A model generated the notes under the pieces. That model was not told the origin of the DNA, made no database searches, and saw nothing but the letters and a program-made list of their open reading frames with translations. A program made the position numbers and the translations under genes. Below are positions 25,251 to 35,371 of a DNA stretch of 64,000 nucleotides, in pieces. This stretch comes from Octopus bimaculoides (taxonomy: Eukaryota): NCBI RefSeq assembly GCF_001194135.2, contig NC_068982.1:188547732-188611731 (forward strand). Direction: 5' to 3'. Within the stretch, counting starts at the first letter, position 1, and every line of letters begins with the position of its first letter.

Positions 25251-25677
25251 ATTATTTACATTTGACAGATATTTGTCCTCATCTTGTTTGTTGTTAATAC
25301 AAGATTTCGGCTGATATACCCTCCAGCCTTCATCAGGTGTCTTGGGGAAATTTCAAACCTGGGTTCTCATTCCTAAGGTAATTTGTGATGTTGTTGTTGT
25401 TATTATTATTATTAATCAAGTCACTGCCTGGAATCGAACTCGGAATCTTGGGTTTAGTAGCCCGCACTCTTAACCACTATGCCACATGAATAATAATGAT
25501 AACATTGAAAAATAGCTTAGGAATGATAACCCAGGTTTGAAATTTCCCCAAGACACCTGATGAAGGCTGGAGGGTATATCAGTCGAAACGTTGTGTCAAG
25601 AACAAACAAGATAAGGACAAATATCTGTCAAATGTAAATAATGTAAATAAATTCCTCATCTCTTAAATATAGAACTG
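25251..25677. mobile_element. Family C head-to-head inverted dimer
   Basis: 12-bp TSD TAGGCCTTGCAT at 25239-25250 and 25678-25689; minus arm with tRNA head, plus arm lacking the head; two hammerheads. Confidence 0.9.
25552..25597 (+). ncRNA. Minimal type I hammerhead motif, family C, intact copy
   Basis: Stem I GACAC/GTGTC is perfect, stem II has one G-U pair and the core is intact. Confidence 0.72.
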
Positions 25678-25879
25678 TAGGCCTTGCATGTTTACAAAAC
25701 AAAGTGCTGTGTTTATCACACGCTTGATTGATTGCAAAATCATTTTTCTTCTTTTTTTTGGTTAAAAACAAAAGTAAACAACAGCTGACTCCAAAGTTGC
25801 AACAAGGACCAGTTCGATTATTTTTAGTAGTTTATCTCTTTTAACAGGAATCCAGAAGAGATTTCGTTTATGCTATTCC

Positions 25880-26338
25880 CATTATACCAGGAACACGACA
25901 GGAGACCTTTGGAGATATGCTGTGATTGAGAAGACCCAGCAACTAAAGTGAAATTGCAGCCATGCATGACTGGCCCTGTTAAGAATACCCAGATGCATCG
26001 GGCAATATGATATGCTTGAGAAGACTTACTGAGTCAAGTAGAACCAATGTCACAGCTGTGGCCAGCTCCCCCTTTCTGGCCCCTGTGCTGGTGGCACTTA
26101 AAAAGCATCATCTGAACTCGGTCGATGCCAGGTCCCCCTGACTGGCTCTCGTGCCAGTGGCACATAAAAAAAGCACCCACTACTCTCTCAGAGTGGTTGG
26201 CATTAGGAAGGGCATCCAGCTGTAGAAACATTGCCAGATCAGATTGGAGCAGCCACTGGCTCTCCAGACCTCAGTCAAACCTTCCAACCCATGCCAGCAT
26301 GGAAAACGGATGTTAAATGATGATGATGATGATGATGA
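25880..26338 (+). mobile_element. RTE 3' end copy
   Basis: gacctttggagatatgctgtgattgagaagacc ORF end through the (GAT)n tail. Confidence 0.85.
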
Positions 26339-26465
26339 CAGTGTGATGATAGGGTTGAAATAGTTTTATCATTGGAGACAAGATACGTAGAACCTTGGCA
26401 AGCTGCAGCTCTGGTTCAATCTTTGAAGCATATATTTAAAGTTTACGCAAAGAAAAGAAACTTAC

Positions 26466-26566
26466 AACAGTTTCCATAAAACCAGCGAAGCACCAAAAGG
26501 CATCAACCTCATTTTCCATTATTACTAATATAGGAGAGAGCAAGTCGCTCATTCCTTGAACATAAC
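26466..26566 (-). CDS. TBC1D15: TBC1D15/17 exon with glutamine finger (YVQGMSDLLSPILVIMENEVDAFWCFAGFMETV)
   Basis: ttacAG/GTAAGT; 101 nt, phase 1 to 0; YxQGM motif. Confidence 0.97.
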
Positions 26567-27035
26567 CTGTAAAATAAGGGAGATAACTTTAGAAGAAATT
26601 ATAAACATTGATTGATTATTGTATCTGGGGAGACGAGTGTCTTTTAGTGCCTTATCAATTTAACACACTCACCAGCCTGATGGCCACTCATTTACTTATT
26701 TTTACTATGTGAAAATGAAGTGAAAAAGAGGAAATCAGACTGGTGAGTATGTTAAATTAATAAGGCACTAAAAGACAATGACTCTCCCCAGACACAATAA
26801 AATATGCTTCAACACACAAATTCACATAAAGAATCTTGCAAACCAAATACAAAAACGAAATAGGTATTGTTTATTTTGATCTACGATACCGTGAGTTAAA
26901 GTAGATTAAAGTTGGGTTTGTTAATCTAAAAACCAATTACTTCAGAAACAGCTACACTGTGGTCAGCATTAACAGAAATAAAACCTGCAAATTAGAGGTT
27001 TTGAGGCCGTTGTAGAATTGAAAAGTGTAACTTAA

Positions 27036-27330
27036 CCCTTTTGTTACCATTAACAGCACTTGTTTCATTCAATTCAAAAAATAATGAAGACTTTAGTAAA
27101 ATAACTGTCATTATTAAGCTGGAGTTTGAAGCATAAATTGACATGAAATCTTTTGGGTAAGTTTTAATTTAGCAATCACTTTAAAACAAGAAAGTCTGTC
27201 GATGTTATTATTATTATTATTATTCAGGTCACTGCCTGGAATCGAACTCGGAATCTTGGGATTAAGAAGAAAGTTTGTATTATAGAACCAGGGGTGGCTG
27301 GGAATCAAAAGGGCTGAACATTTTTGGGGG
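27036..27330. mobile_element. TTAA-type MITE (related pieces near 47070, 55915, 63920)
   Basis: ttaacccttttgttacc start and atcaaaaggg end; the internal sequence recurs elsewhere in the window. Confidence 0.65.
27200..27266 (-). mobile_element. Family C head fragment inside a TTAA-type MITE
   Basis: (TAT)n plus caggtcactgcctggaatcgaactcggaatcttggg, flanked by aagaaagt(c/t)tgt at 27188-27199 and 27267-27278. Confidence 0.7.
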
Positions 27331-27888
27331 GCCAAATATATTTACTTTGTAATCCCGGAAACAACTCTAGAATTCTTCCAGATTATATTCGTTTTTCTCT
27401 TGTGTTACCAAGTTAAAGGTTTTGCAAATCTGGAAAAACAATGCAACTCTGACCTGACTATAAACAAAGTTACCATTCATACCAAGATGGCATCATTTGT
27501 TTAGCAATTTTCTGTGAAAACATGTCCAGACATTCAGCTGCTCATGTCTGAATCAATAGACAAGTAGATTATCATCTCACTTGAAAAACAAGTGAAGATT
27601 GTTAACAGGAAAGGCATCGAGTTGTAGAAAAACTACTTCATGTACACTTGTTTAACCCATGCAAACACAGAGGCAGACACTTAAATGATGATTCCTTGGT
27701 GAACTCCATCTCAATGCTATTATTAATATAAACTCGGTGGGACACCTTAAAAACAGAACTTCACTAATGGTTGAAATCTGTCCTAGTATCTCTTTTTTTT
27801 TTTTGTGGGGTGTGGGGTGTGGGTCTTTCTTTCAGAATTTTAAGCAACCAGACAAGACAAAATATTGAAGCAAAAATTCCAGACTTAC

Positions 27889-28005
27889 TAAGATCAAAAT
27901 TATACATGCAGTATGTTCTAAGAATGTCGTTTAGAACTTGTAAATTATGGTTTCCATCTCCTTCAAAGAACTTGTGAGTGCGATCGGTTCTGGACACATC
28001 TTTTT
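27889..28005 (-). CDS. TBC1D15: TBC1D15/17 exon with arginine finger (KDVSRTDRTHKFFEGDGNHNLQVLNDILRTYCMYNFDL-S)
   Basis: ctctAG/GTAAGT; 117 nt, phase 1 to 1; IxxDxxR motif (IEKDVSR). Confidence 0.97.
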
Positions 28006-28864
28006 CTAGAGAGAGAAACAAAAATGTCATCAGTTACACAAATATTGGCTTTCTCTGACAATGTCAAGAAAACTTATAATAAAATACACCCATTTCTCTG
28101 ATCTCATCTCAAGTCTACTTTGTCTCTAATCTTGGTTTGACTTGTTTTCACAGCTATGAGCTTCAAACACATGCTCCAGTCACACTTCATGTCCTTATTA
28201 TCAACAGAGCTATTTCGTTCAGGAAAATATAATCATTGTATAATTATTTCAACTTAATTGAACTAGGTCTGAAAAGCAAGTCTAATGTGTGTGCGTGTGT
28301 ACCCTGGTGTAATTACCCTGTCTACTAAGTCAAGAACCAGTGGACACCATTTGATATAAACAGTTCCTTCACAAGGCGGCTGTTTGATTTTTGTACATTA
28401 AACACACACCACCACCTCATATCTTCCCCACCATCACCACCACACTTTTGTACCTCTTAGGTTATTGTAAGGACAATAACCACAATCCAGAGACCAAGAA
28501 GAGGAAGAGAGGAGTTATCCTGAAACCAAAGACTTGGCCTTCATGTCTGCAACAGAGTAACAAACTCTACGAAAGGCAACCAATAGGCCAAACGGTATTG
28601 TTAAACCAGATGAACGCAGTTAGAATCAATACCACAAGGCACCTTGTTATGTGATGCTGACCATTCTGCCAATCACTGTCCTTCACTGTTATTTATATTT
28701 ATTGATCCTCCAAAAGATGAAAAGCCAAATTAACTTTGGTAGAACTTTCATGATTATTAAGGATACACTTGCTGAAATTAATTCCATGCTGGTACCAAAT
28801 ATAAAGTGCATACATGGTACCAACTAAATGTAGATAAATGTTACATCAAAGGACATTAGAACAC

Positions 28865-29005
28865 TTATCCGGCAGAAACACATGTCGGATTGGAATTTAA
28901 TGGGAATAATCCTGTAATAGGGGACAATGCTACTGTTGTTTACAGCCCCAGGAAGACATCTCCTCCAGCTGGCTAACGACACACTGTCTGTGTCCAATTA
29001 GTATT
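28865..29005 (-). mobile_element. 3' module of another D-related subfamily
   Basis: The reverse complement reads ggacacagacagtgtgtcgttagccagctggaggagatgtcttcctggggctgtaaacaacagtagcatt, similar to the D tail. Ends approximate. Confidence 0.6.
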
Positions 29006-29187
29006 TGTGAAGGAAAATCATCATTCCCATCTCTAGCCTAACATGATAGACAACAACCTTGGTTTCTGATACACACACACACACACACCTCCCTTGCATC
29101 TTTCTCTTCGGTCTAGGATTCTTTCTCATTGTGCATACATCATCAACCTCCAGTGATGTTCTGATTAAACTAATGATGCCAACCTAC

Positions 29188-29282
29188 CTATAAGTGTCTT
29201 GCTGTCTTTTAGTTTAGTAAACCGGCTTTCTTGTTCTGCACTTATGGTTTTCCACTGAAGCTTCATTTTAAAATAATCATCA
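29188..29282 (-). CDS. TBC1D15: TBC1D15/17 exon (DDYFKMKLQWKTISAEQESRFTKLKDSKTLI-E)
   Basis: ttctAG/GTAGGT; 95 nt, phase 2 to 1; DxYFxMKLQWK motif. Confidence 0.96.
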
Positions 29283-30920
29283 CTAGAAACAAAAAACAAA
29301 CAAACGTTTAGTTATTTAAAAAGAAAAACGACAGATTAACTTTTCACTTTTAAACACGACAGTAAAAGAATTTTGGCTTCAAATTTCTCAAGAAAGGAGA
29401 TACGAGAACCAAAATAACAAAAACTTCAACTCCATTACCTGCAAATGTAACCAAGATCTTGTTTCCAGCTAAATCATATATAAACTTTGTTTATATAGGT
29501 TAGACAAAGGTCTAAATCTGGTTAGACATTATTTGCAACACTTACTACAACCACTGCTGTATCCTTAAATAAGCTACATGGCTATTAACCATGGCCTGCA
29601 AACAGGCCCCAACTCAAATTCAATCAAAAAGTTAGTGCTGTAAGGTATATGGCCCTTACAAAAAACAGGTTGTACAGATTAGGTTAGAAGGTAAGCATGG
29701 GCATAGTAGTGTAGTTAAGAGGCTTGTTTCCAAACCACATGATTCTGGGTTTAGCCCCACTGTCTAACCCCTTGGGCAAATACTTTTTAATTTAAGCCCC
29801 CAGGCTGATCAAAGCCTTGTGAGTGGATTTAGAACATGGAATCGGAAAGAAACATGCATGCATGTATGTATATTTGTGAGACAATGTTTATGTCTCCTCA
29901 TCTGGACATGAAACAAAAACTGTAAACGAGGCTGACCGTCATACAGTGTTATTCATTTCCAATAGTCTGTGAAAACATGTCTGGCCAAGGGGAAATATTA
30001 CCCACACTACATACATATATACATATGTGATGGGCTGTTTTTACTTTTCATCCAGCAAATTCACTCGCAAGGCTTTGGTCAATCCAGGGACCACAGTTGA
30101 AGATATTTGCCTCAAGATGCCACAGAGTGGGACTGAATGTGAAATCCTGTGGTCAAGAAACCAACTTCTGAACCATACAGTTAGACCAGAGCCTAGCCAT
30201 GTCTATTAACCAAATTTCTATAACTTGCTTTTTAAGGGCCAAGAGAGGGTTGTCAAGTGGAAAGGATTCAAGCTGTGGAAAATCTGCCTCAATCATCATC
30301 GTTTAACGTCCGTTTTCCATGCTGGCATGGGTTGGACGATTTGACTGGGGTCTGGGAAGCCAGAAGGCTGTACCAGGCTCCAATCTGATCTGGCAGTGTT
30401 TCTACAGCTGGATGCTCCTCCTAATGCCAACCACTCCGAGAGTGTAGTGGGTGCTTTTTATGTGTTACTAGCACAGGGGCCAGAGGGGGCTGGCATCAAC
30501 CACAATCAGATGGTGCTTTTTACGTGCCACTGACGGAGGGGGGTCACACTGTCCAATTCATGCAAGCATGGAAAAATCGATGTTCAAATGATGATATTGG
30601 CTAAGTCAACTGACCATTTATTAAGTCTTTGCCACTGGTTTGTTGTGCAACCATAGGTCAGCCTTGATTAAGCAAGGCTATGGTGGATTGTCAGGAAGTC
30701 AAATGAATGTAATCCGCATGAATTTACTTTGTGAAATCATGATTCATCAATATTTATCAGTGTTCATTTTACTGATCTCCAGTGATTTATTATGCAGTAA
30801 AGCCCTTATAATCACTGACATTAGAGTTTGTTTCCTGGTCAAGGCAACAAGTTATGTATCTCATATAGAGACACAGCAGTAATTGTAACGAGTATTTAAA
30901 TTTCTAACAATAATAGACCA

Positions 30921-31389
30921 TTACAAAATTACTATTTTTTAAATCTCACAACGTAAGACATTCAGCAACAGTACTTTGGAGTAAAGTACTGTTTACTCCA
31001 GTACTTTGGAATAAAGTACTGGAGTAAAGGTTGTTTGCTGACATAACATGGCGGTCCTGGTTTAGGACTAATATTGCTGTAATTTAAAAATAGTAATTTT
31101 CTAATTTATAGATCAGTGACTAGTTGTTACTTTGAAAACTATATATTTCAAACGGGAATTTAGCAGTGCCACCTCTAGCCAAACAATTATTCTGTGCTGA
31201 TGAAGGGAAATAACGATATACAGACATTGTTTTGAACTGAGTGGGGGTACTAGATTCCATTGTTGAAAAGTACAAGGACACAGATCGTGTCGTATAGCCA
31301 GCTGGAGACGATGTCTCCTGTGGCTAAATTACAGCAACATTCGTCCTAAACCAGGACTGCCATGTTATGTTGGCAAACAATCTTTACTC
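30921..31389. mobile_element. Family D element (inverted arm + forward monomer, hammerhead partly deleted)
   Basis: Perfect 13-bp TSD CAATAATAGACCA at 30908-30920 and 31390-31402; CTGTG-CTGATGA-AGGGAAATAAC at 31192-31214, then a deletion. Confidence 0.9.
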
Positions 31390-31845
31390 CAATAATAGAC
31401 CAGGTCTCAATAGATTTAGACCTTATTTAATTACATAGATGTAGTGAGACAATTTAGATATGTTCCATTCTGTATTTCCCTATATATTCCTGTGCATCTG
31501 CAAATTCTCGGTGGCCACACAAGACACGTATAAACATACAAGAATTATGATAGAAGGACAGGAACAAGTGTCTTGCTGTAGAAGTTGGAAAGGAAGAAAA
31601 GGGAAAAGATGATGATAAGGTGTCAAGGGACACCTTTAAGGTACAAGAATGAGATATATGGTCAACAGGTGTGGTCTGTGTGCAACGTTATGATGCAAAT
31701 CACTGCTTGATCTGCTAGAAACAGTAGCTAAATTTCCTTCATCTTACCAAACTAATAAACAATATAATTGGAGAGGTGGTAGGGCTATTAAAATAAAATG
31801 ATAACAATGATAATTTCCAATTAGATAATTAGAAAGAAAACTTAC

Positions 31846-31949
31846 ACTTTTCTCTTTCGTTCTTCCTCTCTACTCTTCTTTGTTGAGTCCCATTTATAAT
31901 AATCTAAGAGAAACTTCCAAACTTCAACACGCATTGTAGGTTCAATACC
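31846..31949 (-). CDS. TBC1D15: TBC1D15/17 exon, start of TBC domain (GIEPTMRVEVWKFLLDYYKWDSTKKSREEERKRK-V)
   Basis: tttAG/GTAAGT; 104 nt, phase 0 to 2; G..LR.xWKFLL motif. Confidence 0.95.
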
Positions 31950-32549
31950 CTAAAGTTAGTGGAGAAGATGAAGAACATGGTAAATCAAAATGGTAAAAAC
32001 TTTAGGAGAGAAAAAACCCCATAAAATCTGAATCCCCAAAATTATTCCCTCAGTTGTCATTTCACATTATTTGTATGGAGTTAGACATTAAAGTGTTCAT
32101 ACATACAGCCTCGTTTAACACTGATTCACTCATCACTGGTCTGGAACAGCATGGTACACTCGACTGTCAACTGGGGGTGCCATGTAAAAAGCACCCGGTA
32201 CACTCTGTGAAGTAGTTGGTGTTAGGAAAGGCATCCAGCCATAGAAACTGTGCCAAAACAGACAATTGGAGCCTGCTGCAGCTCTTCAACTATCAAACCA
32301 CCTCACCCATGCCAACATGGGAAAACGGACGTTAAATAATGATGCTATCTTTAAGTATTCCTTTCCTTCCTTAGATACTTGGACAAGTATACCCTGTCAT
32401 ATCATTTTCCTCATTTATATTTCTCTCTCTCTCTGTCTATAATTTCTTATGACTTATGCAGTCTACTAGATACACAAGGGACAAATTTGAAACTATCAAT
32501 GTATTTTGCTTGTAATAACTAAAAAAACATAGAAAAGCAATTCACTTAC

Positions 32550-32678
32550 ACCTCGAAATATAATTTTCTTCACTTCGTCAATATTAGTAACCTTGCCTTC
32601 TGCATCCAGGAAACTAGTCCACTGGTGAGCTTGAAGTGGTTCTCCTCTGCTTGTTTCAGGTGGTGGCGGTAGTTTGGT
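32550..32678 (-). CDS. TBC1D15: TBC1D15/17 exon (TKLPPPPETSRGEPLQAHQWTSFLDAEGKVTNIDEVKKIIFRG)
   Basis: AG/GTAAGT; 129 nt, phase 0 to 0; not in the ORF track (below its length cutoff), found by reading the minus strand. Confidence 0.95.
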
Positions 32679-32810
32679 CTTTTAGAATAGAAACAAAAGG
32701 GGAAATATATAAACAATAACAGAGAACATGGGAAATATGTTTATAAGACAATATGACAAAAAGGCAAAACACTGTTTTAGAAGAAAATGAAGACAACAGA
32801 ACTGGATTTT

Positions 32811-33289
32811 CTATATTTCAGAGATGAGGAATTTATTTACATAATTGACATTTGACGGATATTTGTCCTCATCTTGTTTGTTGTTAACACAGCGTTTCGG
32901 CTGATATACCCTCCAGCCTTCATCAGGTTTCTTGGGGGAAATTTTGAACCTGGGTTCTCATTCCTAAGGTATTTTTTGATGTTATTATTATTATTATTAT
33001 TATTCAGGTCACTGCCTGGAATCGAACTCGGAATCTTGGGGTTAGTAACCTGCACTCTTAACCACTACAGGCATATGGCATAGTGGTTAAGAGCACAGGC
33101 TAACCCAAGATTCCGAGTTCAATTCCAAGCAGTGACCTGAATAATAATATCGAAAAATACCTTATGAGTGAGAAACCAGGTTCAAAATTTCCCCAAGACA
33201 CCTGATGAAGGCTGGAGGGTATATCAGCCGAAACGTTGTGTTAACAACAAATGAGATGAGGACAAATATCCGTCAATTGTAAATAATGT
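32811..33289. mobile_element. Family C near-full-length palindromic dimer
   Basis: Two ~240-bp arms meet at ~33070; TSD-like agaactg(g/t)atttt at 32798-32810 and 33290-33302. Confidence 0.9.
33197..33242 (+). ncRNA. Minimal type I hammerhead motif, family C, consensus-intact copy
   Basis: GACAC-CTGATGA-A-GGCTG(GAGGGTATAT)CAGCC-GAAA-CG-TT-GTGTT. Palindromic ACGU stem III; GUU triplet. Confidence 0.75.
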
Positions 33290-34361
33290 AGAACTGTATT
33301 TTGTATAAATGTTTTAAATTGTAACAACTGTACAATCACTGTCCTAGCAGTACTTTAGCATGTTTTGTTACACATTATATAACACATCTCAAAGCCTGTC
33401 TTTTAGGTGAAGAGAAAAGCTGTTTCATTGTTTACATAAAGTCTAAGATCCATATAGAGAACTGATGTGTAAACATCAAAAATAAATCCACAGTAATTAG
33501 GAATTCAATTAATAAATAGCAGTTAATTAAAACTTCAACACATTGTTACAGTGAAGTAAATCCAAGAGGGACAAAACATATATCCTATTTTTGAGTAAAA
33601 ATAGCTTTGAAATTAATTATGTATCAAAATTACGTAATTATACATTTAGTAATGTTTATCTTAATGAAACAGCTGTTGAATACAAAGTATGAAGTACATG
33701 TAAAATTTACGCTTTCCTGCTTATATTCTTAAGTTTCATTCCTTAACAGTGTTTAATGTTGTTCTTCCTGTTGTTCTAATTATATCATCATTAAATTAAC
33801 TTCTAAGAGTAATTATATTAATTACTTTCTGCACTCTACACACTTTGTGCTGTTTGTTTGAGGTAAACTCCTGTGTTCAATCACTCCAGGATTGAAAACG
33901 CATCAAAGAGTCTGAGATCTTTCTATTGAGCCATTGACGTCATTGGATACAGAATCCTAAAACTGCTTCCAACAGTTTGGTCAAAGTCTTACTCCCAGCA
34001 AAGAACAGACCATGGAATCGGTACCACAAATGGTTTACTTATGTTGAACATAGGATTCTAGATTCCTCTACCAAGTCTCAAGTAGGTTTTGCAATGAGAA
34101 CCAACAGAAATCAGTTTACTAGCAAAGTCAGATGGTGATGTCATTTTAAACTTCCACGGTGTTTAGCACCAGGTCAACAGAGCAGACCTGTAATCAAAGA
34201 CACCCCAGCCATGACCATCCCCCGTTTTTCAGGCATTATATATCCTGGATGTGAAGGTGCATGGCATAGTGGCTAGGATGTTGCAACGACAACCTAAAGA
34301 CCAAGGTTTCAATCCCCAGAACAAGTAACACGTTTTGTTCTTGAGCAAAACATCAGTCAAT

Positions 34362-35371
34362 CAGAAAACTACTATTTTTAAATCTCACACCGAGAGATAT
34401 TCAGCAACAGTACTATGGAGTAAAGACTGTTTGCTGGCATAACATGGCAGTCCTGGTTTAGGACGAATGCTGCAGTAATTTAGCGCCAGGAGACATCATC
34501 TCCAGCTGGCTATACGACACAATCTGTGTCCTTATATTTTCAAACAAGGGAATCTAGCACCCCAACTCAGCTCAAAATAATATCTGTGTATCACGATTTC
34601 CGGGTTATTTCCTTTTATTAGCAAAGAATAATTGTTCAGCTGATGANNNNNNNNNNNNNNNNNNNNNNNNNNNNNNNNNNNNNNNNNNNNNNNNNNNNNN
34701 NNNNNNNNNNNNNNNNNNNNNNNNNNNNNNNNNNNNNNNNNNNNNNNNNNNNNNNNNNNNNNNNNNNNNNNNNNNNNNNNNNNNNNNNNNNNNNNNNNNN
34801 NNNNNNNNNNNNNNNNNNNNNNNNNNNNNNNNNNNNNNNNNNNNNNNNNNNNNNNNNNNNNNNNNNNNNNNNNNNNNNNNNNNNNNNNNNNNNNNNNNNN
34901 NNNNNNTCTCACACCGAGAGATATTCAGCAACAGTACTATGGAGTAAAGACTGTTTGCCGGCATAACATGGCAGTCCTGGTTTAGGACGAATGCTGCAGT
35001 AATTTAGCGCCAGGAGACATCATCTCCAGCTGGCTATACGACACAATCTGTGTCCTTATATTTTCAAACAAGGGAATCTAGCACCCCAACTCAGCTCAAA
35101 ATAATATCTGTGTATCACGATTTCCGGGTTATTTCCTTTTATTAGCAAAGAATAATTGTTCAGCTGATGAAGGGAAATAACCCGGAAATTGTGATACACA
35201 GATATTGTTTTGAGCTGAGTGGTGGGTGCTAGATTCCCTTGTTCGAAAATATAAGGACACAGATCGTGTCATATGCCCGGCTGGAGACGATGTCTCCTGG
35301 GGCTAAATTACAGCAACATTCATCCTAAACCAGGGCTGCCATGTTATGTTGGCAAACAATCTTTACTCCAT
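34362..35371. mobile_element. Family D palindromic insertion (true length ~490 bp; inflated by duplication across a gap)
   Basis: 10-bp TSD ATCAGTCAAT at 34352-34361 and 35372-35381; the arms meet at ~35160. Confidence 0.85.
35159..35201 (+). ncRNA. Family D hammerhead core, 5' strand of stem I lost at inversion junction
   Basis: CTGATGA-A-GGG(AAATAA)CCC-G-GAAA-TT(GT)GA-TA-CACAG; the expected CTGTG 5' strand is replaced by TTCAG. Confidence 0.6.

Noticed and set aside
33070-33135. tRNA gene calls for SINE heads (families B, C, E)
   Set aside because: A and B boxes are present but the acceptor stems are not intact and each continues into a repeat body.
34383-35170. Apparent 264-bp tandem duplication (34383-34646 = 34907-35170)
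   Set aside because: Identical copies directly flank an N gap, so this is an unmerged contig overlap. The same applies to the A-run/cacc duplication around 24502.
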